Source: Spirochaetes bacterium GWF1_51_8 (GTDB lineage Bacteria; Spirochaetota; Brevinematia; Brevinematales; GWF1-51-8). Taken from it: DNA of 64,000 nt. The translations under genes were made by a program, and so were the position numbers. The DNA is taken from the NCBI GenBank assembly GCA_001829415.1, contig MIBE01000005.1, forward strand, positions 9,470 to 73,469, read 5' to 3'. Below, one piece after another: positions 7,956 through 15,604 of this stretch; the first letter of the stretch is position 1, and the number at the start of each line of letters is the position of its first letter. Below the pieces are notes generated by a model. It was not told the origin of the DNA, did no database searches, and was given only the letters and a program-made list of their open reading frames with translations.

Positions 7956-8255
7956 ATGCCCGAACTTTCCCGGATCGAATATTTCCTGACAGAACATATG
8001 AAGCACTTCCGTGAGGAGTATAAGGTCAAACGGCTCGGTATCTTCGGCTCGGTCGCGAGAAACGAGAGTACCGGGGAAAGCGACCTCGACCTCCTCGTAG
8101 AATTTGAAGAGGGTGAGGCTACTTTCGATCATTATATGGATTTAAAGTTTTATATCGAGGATAATCTTGAAATCAAAGTCGATTTGGTGACAAAAGCCGC
8201 ACTAAGAAAAGAGTACCGGGATCAGGTACTGGAAGAGACAATCTATGTCGGGTAG
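7956..8255 (+). CDS. mntA: MntA-type nucleotidyltransferase antitoxin
   Basis: GIFGSVARNESTGESDLDLLVEF is the minimal nucleotidyltransferase motif (GS-x10-DxD). It overlaps the next gene by 11 nt. Confidence 0.8.
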   Translation: MPELSRIEYFLTEHMKHFREEYKVKRLGIFGSVARNESTGESDLDLLVEFEEGEATFDHYMDLKFYIEDNLEIKVDLVTKAALRKEYRDQVLEETIYVG

Positions 8256-8577
8256 ACGCAGAGAATTCTCATTCCTCATCGACGATATCCTTAAATCAGC
8301 AGAGAAGATTGTAAAACTTGTTGAATACTCAAGTTTTGAGAGATTTCAAGATGATTGGAAAGGATATGATGCGGTTCTAAGAAATTTAGAAATCATCGGA
8401 GAAGCAGTAAAAAATCTTCCGCAGGAATATAAAGATGTTCACCCTGAAATAGAATGGAGAAAAATCGCCGGATTACGCGACGTAATCATCCATAGGTATT
8501 TCGGTATCGATGATTTTATTATTTGGGATATTGTCACGAATAAAATTCCAGTTTTGATACAAGTACTCTCAAAATAA
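8245..8577 (+). CDS. hepT: HepT (DUF86/HEPN) toxin
   Basis: RDVIIHRYFGIDDFIIWDIV contains the HEPN R-x4-H motif. AT-rich. Confidence 0.8.
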   Translation: MSGRRREFSFLIDDILKSAEKIVKLVEYSSFERFQDDWKGYDAVLRNLEIIGEAVKNLPQEYKDVHPEIEWRKIAGLRDVIIHRYFGIDDFIIWDIVTNKIPVLIQVLSK

Positions 8578-8635
8578 CCTATTTCTCATAGATCGGCCCA
8601 CTGAGGTCGGCCTTATTGTTATAGCCCCGTTCTTC

Positions 8636-9286
8636 CTAATAGCCCTTATAGTTCGTGTTGTCCGACAGCTCCAGCTCCGTGATCCATCTCGCCCATTTAT
8701 AGCCCCATTTATCCTCGGCGACGAGTATCAACGGGAACCCCAGCTTCGCGGGCAGTTCCAGCCCGTTCGCCTTGTACGCGAGGATCATGTCCTTGCCGAG
8801 CACCTCGTGTAACGGAAGCGATGTCGAATAGCCGTCGGCGGCGCGCAGGATCAATGTCTTGGGCTTGCCGGGCACGCCCGACTTCTGCAGGATCGACTTC
8901 ACCGTCACTCCCTCCCAGAGCACGTTGACCGACCAGCCCTCGACACAGTAGATCGTGACGAGTTTCTTGACCGGCGGCAGGTTCGTGATATCCGCATACC
9001 CGAGCGAGAGCTTTTTCGTGACAAGCCCCTTGACCTTGAGGGTGTACTTCGACGGATCGATCTGCTGCACGCCCTTGATCGAGTTCTCGCGGAAGCTGTT
9101 GACGGACTGGAGCGGGATACCGTTGTAGTTCGTCATCTCGCCCGGCGAGTATTTCGACGTGGACGCAGTCGCGCCCGATGCCGCGTCTGCCTTCGCCTGG
9201 CTTCCGGCGTTCGCCTTCCCCGTGCATCCGCCTAAGGTCACAGCCGCCGCGATGATCGCGGCAATAAAAAATATTCCTGTCTTCAT
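8636..9286 (-). CDS. Molybdopterin-dependent oxidoreductase-like lipoprotein (YedY/MsrP-type Moco-binding domain)
   Basis: Lipobox LGGC. YCVEGWSVNVLWEGV...ADGYSTSLPL...LAYKANGLELP...GFPLILV...KWARWI is typical of the sulfite-oxidase-fold Moco domain. Confidence 0.7.
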   Translation of the reverse strand: MKTGIFFIAAIIAAAVTLGGCTGKANAGSQAKADAASGATASTSKYSPGEMTNYNGIPLQSVNSFRENSIKGVQQIDPSKYTLKVKGLVTKKLSLGYADITNLPPVKKLVTIYCVEGWSVNVLWEGVTVKSILQKSGVPGKPKTLILRAADGYSTSLPLHEVLGKDMILAYKANGLELPAKLGFPLILVAEDKWGYKWARWITELELSDNTNYKGY

Positions 9287-9316
9287 GACGTAATTTAACC
9301 TCCTGCGGGGAATAAA

Positions 9317-10483
9317 TCAAATAATCCGAGGGTTGAGCACGACGATATCCATCCCGAGTTTATGAGCGAGAGGCGCGGTCTTCTCCGATGCCGCAGCGTC
9401 CGGCACGACAACCGCCGCGTTCCCCTTCGGGATTTCGCCGAGCCGGAGATCGCCCGGTATCCGCCATTCGTTCTCCTTCACCCAACGTCCCTCCCGCCCT
9501 CGGAACTGGAAGAACGGCTTGTCCTCGTCGTACATGTCGTCATAGTCCTCGTCGCCGCCGTAGACCACAGGGCGCGCCCCGAGTGTCTCCATATACCCCC
9601 GCGCGATGGCTATCCCGTAAGGCTCGTAGGTATAACGGTCTTTCCGGCTTCGCCAACGGACTATCGAGAGCGACAACTCGGGCTGGTCGGCGGTCATCGA
9701 TACCCCGGCATACCCGCCGCGTATCCCGTCGGAACTCGCGAACACCGTTCCGGTTTCGAGGATGCGCTCGAGCGTGTGCGCCGCCGAATGGGAGTATCCC
9801 GATGGATCGGCGAAAACGGACGCGTAGTACTCCGCGCGCGTCTCGCCCGGGAACGGCGTGTGGAACGAACGTGTCCAATGCACAAGGTAGTCCCAACTCT
9901 CGAAGCGCCTGCTTCCGGCCTGCGCGATACCGGCTCGTCCGCGTCCGGACCCAGCCTCATAGTCGATCCGGAAGTCGCCGCGCACCCTCGCCGGCGGAAG
10001 CGAGGCGATCAGTTCTTCCAGCCCGCCGCCGGGGCGTATCGACACCGGAGCGATAGCGTCGGCGGATAACGCGAGCGCCCGGTCGCGTTCGGGCCAAAAG
10101 TCCTTGTGCCTCTGCGCCGGAATCCCGGTGATGCACGGCAGGAAAAAGACTTTTTCCGCATTAAGCGCGAAATCGTCCATCACACGCGCGGCCGCCTCGC
10201 GCGCATCGTCCGTACCCCACACCGGAATGAAAACCGCGAGCGGATATCCTTTCGACCCGGCATACCACAGCGCAAACTCGTAGGTGTTCATTTCGACCGA
10301 TGCGAGGATCGTGTAGCCGAGCGACGTGTAGGTGTCGATCGCGCGCGCGGTTCCTGTCATCCACCCGTCGCAACCGCGCGGGAACTTCGTCTGCCGCGAG
10401 TTCAGGATGAGCGCGAGCGGGCGTTCTTTCGCCTCCGCGATCTGTAACGGGATATTGCCCGGTTTCAGGATTTTGTACCGCAT
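9317..10483 (-). CDS. Fusion protein: N-terminal LOG/DprA-type (SLOG) Rossmann domain and C-terminal AbiGi-like domain
   Basis: Start chosen at MRYKILK after a gagggaaaag RBS. N-terminal motif FWPERDRALALSADAIAPVSIRPGGGLEELI. C-terminal motifs LVHWTRS, YEPYGIAIARGY..GARPVVY and ENEWRIPGDL. Confidence 0.55.
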   Translation of the reverse strand: MRYKILKPGNIPLQIAEAKERPLALILNSRQTKFPRGCDGWMTGTARAIDTYTSLGYTILASVEMNTYEFALWYAGSKGYPLAVFIPVWGTDDAREAAARVMDDFALNAEKVFFLPCITGIPAQRHKDFWPERDRALALSADAIAPVSIRPGGGLEELIASLPPARVRGDFRIDYEAGSGRGRAGIAQAGSRRFESWDYLVHWTRSFHTPFPGETRAEYYASVFADPSGYSHSAAHTLERILETGTVFASSDGIRGGYAGVSMTADQPELSLSIVRWRSRKDRYTYEPYGIAIARGYMETLGARPVVYGGDEDYDDMYDEDKPFFQFRGREGRWVKENEWRIPGDLRLGEIPKGNAAVVVPDAAASEKTAPLAHKLGMDIVVLNPRII

Positions 10484-10579
10484 ATTCTTTTCCCTCGGGA
10501 TAATTATAACAGACACGGAAAAACTTTCAATCTCCCGTAATGTTATATACACGTGTTTATTTACATAGCACGGCAATAA

Positions 10580-10608
10580 TTGACTATTCGCCCCGAATAT
10601 GTTAAAAT
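10580..10608 (+). promoter_or_regulatory. Putative promoter TTGACT-N17-TAAAAT
   Basis: Hexamers with a 17-nt spacer, 31 nt upstream of the leuD ATG. Confidence 0.4.
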
Positions 10609-10638
10609 TTCACTTAATAGTTTAACGGGAGTAGACAG

Positions 10639-11133
10639 ATGAATTACAAAGGGAAAACATGGAAGTACGGCGACAATATCGACACCGACAAGATCATACC
10701 CGCGCGTTACCTGAACACATCCGATCCCGTCGAGCTCGCGAAGCATTGTCTCGAGGATGAGGACACGACGTTCGCCGGGAAAGTCGGCAAGGGCGATATC
10801 CTGATCGCCGGCGAGAACTTCGGTTCCGGTTCCTCGCGCGAACACGCCCCTATCGCGATCAAGGCCTGCGGCGTCTCTCTTGTAATAGCGAAGTCATTCG
10901 CGAGGATATTTTTCCGCAACTCGATCAACATCGCGCTTCCCGTGATCGAAGACGCAAGGATAGTCAACGAGACCGAGACCGGCGACATCATCGAAGCCGA
11001 TTTCGATAAAGGATATGTCAAGAATATCACAAAGAACAAGGAATACAAGATTCATCCCCTTCCCGAAATGATGAAGAACATCATGTCGAAAGGCGGCCTG
11101 ATGGAATATGCCAAGGACTTTATTAATTTATAA
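10639..11133 (+). CDS. leuD: 3-isopropylmalate/homoaconitate dehydratase small subunit (LeuD family)
   Basis: DNIDTDKIIPARYL...AGENFGSGSSREHAPIAIKACGV..VIAKSFARIFFRNSIN. Confidence 0.85.
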   Translation: MNYKGKTWKYGDNIDTDKIIPARYLNTSDPVELAKHCLEDEDTTFAGKVGKGDILIAGENFGSGSSREHAPIAIKACGVSLVIAKSFARIFFRNSINIALPVIEDARIVNETETGDIIEADFDKGYVKNITKNKEYKIHPLPEMMKNIMSKGGLMEYAKDFINL

Positions 11134-11148
11134 TATACTGAGGTGCGC

Positions 11149-12180
11149 ATGTCTAAAACATTGCAGAGAAGGATTATCGTCCTCGCCGGATATATTCTTC
11201 TCGGCGCTATTCATTATTTAATCCGCGGGAAAATCGCCGAACAGGCTCCCGTGCAGATCGGAGATTTCTGGGTACTCCTGATCGCACTCGCTTTCGCGAT
11301 TATCACTTTGCTTCTCGAAGCCGTTTTTTATTCCAAGCGCGGGATATTTCTTTATGCGCTTGTCGGACTGATCGCAGGTTTTTATTCCGGCGACGTTCTC
11401 TATAAACTGTTCTGCATGCTGTTCGGGAATTACTGCATCCCGGAGATTCAGCCCTATTTCATGCTGGCGTTCGCCTATCTCGGGTTCTTCCTTCCTATCA
11501 ACGCTACGCAGAAGGGCGGGTACGCGTTCCAGTTCCCTACGGGTCTCCCCGACAGCGAGAAGAAGGCCACCGAGATCAAACTGCTCGATACGAGCGTGAT
11601 AATCGACGGGCGTATTTTCGATATCGCCGAAACCGGATTTGTCTCCGGGTCGCTTGTCGTGCCGAAGTTCGTGCTGAACGAGATCCAGGCGCTCGCGGAT
11701 TCTCAGGACCCGATCAAGCGTTCGCGCGCCCGCAGGGGACTCGATGTCCTGAATAAACTGAAAGAGATCACCACAGTCGAGCTCCGTATCTCCTCGCGCG
11801 ATTTCCCCGAACTGCGCGGTGTCGACACCAAGCTCATCCAGCTCGCGAAGGAAATCCACGCGAGTATCCTGACCAACGATTATAACCTGAACAAGATCGC
11901 CCAGCTCGAGGGTATCCAGATACTGAACCTGAACGACCTCGCCAACGCCATGAAGCCGTTACTGCTCCCCGGCGAGGAGTTCGAGATCGACGTTATTAAA
12001 GAAGGGAAAGAGAACAACCAGGGCGTGGGGTATCTCGCCGACGGTACGATGGTGGTGGTCGCGAGCGGATTGAACCAGATCGGCAAAAAGCTGATGGTGC
12101 GTGTGACCAGTATCCTCCAGACATCGGCGGGAAGGATCATTTTTACCGAACCGAAAGATTTTAAAGACCTGAGGAAATAG
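11149..12180 (+). CDS. Membrane-anchored PIN/TRAM domain protein (YacL-like)
   Basis: N-terminal TM helices, a PIN core (LLDTSVIIDGRI...TNDYNLNK) and a C-terminal TRAM-like beta domain. Lies upstream of ispF, as in many bacteria. Confidence 0.75.
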   Translation: MSKTLQRRIIVLAGYILLGAIHYLIRGKIAEQAPVQIGDFWVLLIALAFAIITLLLEAVFYSKRGIFLYALVGLIAGFYSGDVLYKLFCMLFGNYCIPEIQPYFMLAFAYLGFFLPINATQKGGYAFQFPTGLPDSEKKATEIKLLDTSVIIDGRIFDIAETGFVSGSLVVPKFVLNEIQALADSQDPIKRSRARRGLDVLNKLKEITTVELRISSRDFPELRGVDTKLIQLAKEIHASILTNDYNLNKIAQLEGIQILNLNDLANAMKPLLLPGEEFEIDVIKEGKENNQGVGYLADGTMVVVASGLNQIGKKLMVRVTSILQTSAGRIIFTEPKDFKDLRK

Positions 12181-12648
12181 ATGCCCGGGGTAGCGCTCGG
12201 ATACGACCTGCATAAGCTGGTGCCGGGACGTGAACTGATAGTCGGCGGGGTGAAGCTCGAATCGAAGTTCGGCGCGGAAGCCCATTCCGACGGAGACGCG
12301 CTCCTTCACGCGGTGATCGACACATTGCTGTCGGCGGCCGGTTTAGACGATATCGGCGTCCAGTTCCCGGATAACGATCCCGCCTATCGCGGGATATCGA
12401 GCCTCGAACTTCTCCGCGAGGTCTGGAAACGAGTTTCCGGCAAAATCGTATTGTACAATATCGATACCGTCGTGATCCTCGAACAGCCGAAAATCGCTCC
12501 CCATATTGCGGAGATGAAACAGAACATCGCCTCGATCCTTGGAATTTCAACGGATAAGATCGGCATAAAGGGAAAGACCGCAGAGAATACCAGGCTCTTC
12601 ACTATCGAAGCTCACGCGGTTTGTCTTTTCGAACAGTCTTCACCCTAA
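12181..12648 (+). CDS. ispF: 2-C-methyl-D-erythritol 2,4-cyclodiphosphate synthase
   Basis: GYDLHKLVPGR.L..GGV......G..AHSDGDALLHAVIDTLL. Confidence 0.92.
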   Translation: MPGVALGYDLHKLVPGRELIVGGVKLESKFGAEAHSDGDALLHAVIDTLLSAAGLDDIGVQFPDNDPAYRGISSLELLREVWKRVSGKIVLYNIDTVVILEQPKIAPHIAEMKQNIASILGISTDKIGIKGKTAENTRLFTIEAHAVCLFEQSSP

Positions 12649-12689
12649 CCGAATCCGGTAACCATACTCTAATAGCACAGGAGAAAAAA

Positions 12690-13742
12690 GTGTTCGAAAA
12701 GATCAAAAGCTTTTTCACCGGCAAAAAACCGGACGGCGCCGATTCCGGCAAGAAGAAAAAAGATAAAAAGGATATGACGCTCAAAGAAAAGATCGTCGAT
12801 AATGTGAAGGTTTTCTTTTCCGCCTACCTGATCGCGTTCGTGATCCGCCTTTTCCTGATCGAGGCCTACCAGATTCCTTCGCAGTCGATGGTTCCGAACC
12901 TGATGGTGCAGGACATCCTGATGGTGGAGAAGTTTTCCTACGGCTCGATCCTTCCGATCGCGCACCTGAAGCTTCCTTCCATCTTTAAGCCGGCCGCCGG
13001 GGATATCATCGTCTTCGTTTCGCCGGAATGGACATCGCCGGGCTGGGGGCAGGAACTGATTACCCTTTTGACCCTCTCGCTCGTCAACCTCGACAATACG
13101 GCCGAAAACCCGAAGAACCTTGTCAAACGCCTGATCGGCATGCCGGGCGATAAGATCATGATGACAAACCGCCAGCTTTTTATCAACGGCCAGCCGGTGG
13201 GCACGGCCTACATCACCAACCTCAGCCAGATCACCTATAACAATTTCAACCAGAGCGGCATTAACTTTTTCGACCTCTATGAGGAGAAGTTCAACGGCAG
13301 GACGCGCGTGATCCAGTACCTGCATTTCGAGAACAACTACTTCTCGCCCGCGTCGTCGCTCCATCTCGATGTCCGCAAGAGCTTCCCCGAAATCGTCGTC
13401 CCGCAGAAGGATGTCCAAATCGTACTGACGAATATCAACGCTTACTATAAGGAGCTCGTCCTGATGCTGATCGAGCGTGAGACCGGAAAGGACGTGATCG
13501 AGGGCGTGGACGGCACTCTCTACCTCGACGGTGCCATCCTCACAAGCTACACCCCGAAAGAGAACTATTATTTCGGGATGGGCGATAACCGCGACAACAG
13601 CCAGGACTGCCGCTACTTCGGGTTCATCCCGGAGCAGAATATCTTCGGCCGCATCCTGTTCCGTTACTTCCCGTTCAACAGGCTGGCGTTCAACGCCGAT
13701 GAATCGGCGAAGTCCGTCCTGAATGTGAAGTTTAATAAGTAG
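12690..13742 (+). CDS. lepB: Signal peptidase I
   Basis: SQSMVPNL (catalytic Ser box), VKRLIGMPGD and GDNRDNSQDCRYFGF. A GTG start at 12690 after a caggag RBS is preferred over the ORF-track start, which overlaps ispF. The start remains uncertain. Confidence 0.88.
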   Translation: MFEKIKSFFTGKKPDGADSGKKKKDKKDMTLKEKIVDNVKVFFSAYLIAFVIRLFLIEAYQIPSQSMVPNLMVQDILMVEKFSYGSILPIAHLKLPSIFKPAAGDIIVFVSPEWTSPGWGQELITLLTLSLVNLDNTAENPKNLVKRLIGMPGDKIMMTNRQLFINGQPVGTAYITNLSQITYNNFNQSGINFFDLYEEKFNGRTRVIQYLHFENNYFSPASSLHLDVRKSFPEIVVPQKDVQIVLTNINAYYKELVLMLIERETGKDVIEGVDGTLYLDGAILTSYTPKENYYFGMGDNRDNSQDCRYFGFIPEQNIFGRILFRYFPFNRLAFNADESAKSVLNVKFNK

Positions 13743-13763
13743 AGTATAGTCATAAATAAAATA

Positions 13764-13791
13764 GGCCGGGAAATTTCCCGGTCTTTTTTTT
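13764..13791 (+). terminator. Intrinsic terminator after lepB
   Basis: Perfect palindrome ccgggaaatttcccgg followed by a T8 run. Confidence 0.75.
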
Positions 13792-13867
13792 GAATAGTTT
13801 TTAAAAATATAGTGCAATAGATAATTTTCTAAGATTTGCGAAGTAAGTAGATAATAGAATATGTGAA

Positions 13868-14350
13868 GTCAAATCAGAAGGACTCTTCTTTCTTTCCACA
13901 TAGGAAAGAAAGAAGCAAAGAAAGTATGCCGCGCAGGATAAAGCTTAAGAGAAGAACCGGGAATTCCGTTTCGGGCGTAACTCGCCTGAATGTCCTTTAA
14001 AAGCGATAACGGGTCTGCGTCGGACATACGCCCTCTGACGGAATTCCCGGTGAGCATAAATCGCTTTAAAGCGCGCGGGAAAAAATAAAACCTATTAAAT
14101 CCTTTCTCTTGTCTTTGGCTGTTATTCCCCCGCCTCTATGCCGGGATTGATCTTTCGCTATGAGAAATTATTGACTTCCCCGCGAAACGTTAAAAACGCC
14201 GTCTGTCTGACGACCCCGCTTGCGGGGGAGGAGTTACGGCGTTTTCGTTTCGCGCATTTACTTTCTCAGTCGTGCAAACACACTCGACCGGCATCAAGGC
14301 GGAGCAGCCTTTCTTTGCATACTTTCTTTCCCCTGAGGGAAAGAAAGTAT
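13868..14350. repeat. Composite intergenic repeat cluster (modules B, long hairpin, element X at 14127-14350)
   Basis: Module B is cttctttctttcc-acata-ggaaagaaagaag. Element X runs cccccgcctctatgccgg ... long hairpin 14178-14254 (cgcgaaacg..aaaacgccgt / acggcgttttcgtttcgcg) ... ccggcatcaaggcgg ... hairpin atactttctttcccctgagggaaagaaagtat. Copies occur at 22443-22655 (inverted) and 43288-43526. Confidence 0.85.
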
Positions 14351-14574
14351 GAATCGCTAATTAGGGATACCCCGTCACGGAAGACGGGGCAAGAAAGGGA
14401 TAGTTTTTCGGCGCTTTTTTACATATTTCACACTCCTCATTCCTGCTGAAATATTGAAAAACTTTTCTCCCTATAGATTCGCCAATCTTGGACTATTATT
14501 TCTTACACTTTTTTGACACAACACTTTTTACGGATGTATAATAGCCAAATAAAGTATTTTAGAGGAAAGTGATA

Positions 14575-15579
14575 ATGTATTTTTCTATATCTGCAAAAAC
14601 ATATAGTGATATACTATATGCAATATTTGAGGGTTTAAAGAAATCCATTCCAGAACCTAATCTTTCTGAACCTCAGTTAGTCGCAAATATAGTTTATAAT
14701 ATTCCGAATGAAATAAATAGAGTATCGGGAGCGATAAAATGTGGCGGAATTTTTGTTCATCAACAACCATTTGTAGAATATAGTAATATGCCAGATCCTA
14801 AACAAAAATCAGTTGAAATTGGTGATTTACTATTACTCAGATCAGAAATAAATAATGGTAGAGAAATTTCTACTTCAGCAATGTTACTTCAGGCGAAGAA
14901 GAATGATAAATTCCCAATAATTCCCGATAATGAGAACCAACACTACCTATATGCTCATTGGCCGGTTTTTAAATACTGTAAAAAATCGGGTGATCTTACA
15001 GGTCAGCAAAGATGTATAAATGGATTAGATGTATATAATGCATGTAAATATCTAATATTTTCCGAATCATATATTCCATTTTGCTATCCCGATTCGAATC
15101 CTCCGGCAATTCGAAGGTGCTTTTTTGATTTTATAAAACTTCCTTTGAACACATACACTGCACATCCCTCATGGCCATATCTATCATCGTTTATTAGTTT
15201 TCCGCAGGAGTTGTTAAATTTTATTATTGGAAATGCGGGAAAATTATATATATCCTCACCGCCTCAAAATGATGGAAATTGGAGTGGGGTTATCAATGAT
15301 TTAAAAACTATAACTGCAAACCATACTTCAGTGATTATTTCTCGTACTACCGGCATCCCTCATACAAAAAGAGGTGTTTCGTTGTTTTTCTCCGGAGATT
15401 CATCTTGTTTATCTTTCATTAGTAAAGATAATAAACAATCAATATTAATCTCTGATGAACCACCAAATGTATCTAATTTGGAGAACGATATAATTGAGGA
15501 AGAAGAAGGTGGTATTTCAATCATAGAGTTTATTGTTGATACATCTGATGAGAGTCACACACGTCTTCGAATGGAGTAG
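14575..15579 (+). CDS. AT-rich orphan protein with a possible PD-(D/E)xK-like nuclease motif
   Basis: ~25-30% GC. The agagga RBS favours the ATG at 14575. The motif VEIGDLLLL-x19-LLQAKK resembles the E-x-x-D ... Q-x-K arrangement of Cap4/Mrr-type nucleases. No other family recognised. Confidence 0.5.
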   Translation: MYFSISAKTYSDILYAIFEGLKKSIPEPNLSEPQLVANIVYNIPNEINRVSGAIKCGGIFVHQQPFVEYSNMPDPKQKSVEIGDLLLLRSEINNGREISTSAMLLQAKKNDKFPIIPDNENQHYLYAHWPVFKYCKKSGDLTGQQRCINGLDVYNACKYLIFSESYIPFCYPDSNPPAIRRCFFDFIKLPLNTYTAHPSWPYLSSFISFPQELLNFIIGNAGKLYISSPPQNDGNWSGVINDLKTITANHTSVIISRTTGIPHTKRGVSLFFSGDSSCLSFISKDNKQSILISDEPPNVSNLENDIIEEEEGGISIIEFIVDTSDESHTRLRME

Positions 15580-15604
15580 AAGCGGATGAAAAGCCGCCGG
15601 CGCC

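Noticed and set aside
14178-14254. The long conserved hairpin as a possible retron msr/msd or other RT-templated ncRNA.
   Set aside because: No reverse transcriptase (no YxDD-containing ORF) is present anywhere in the 64 kb. The hairpin is always embedded in the same larger repeat, which fits a MITE/REP-type element better.
13868-14350. The repeat clusters as a possible CRISPR array.
   Set aside because: The repeats are heterogeneous modules of different lengths and orientations. They are not regularly spaced 25-40-bp direct repeats with unique spacers. No cas genes are present in the window.
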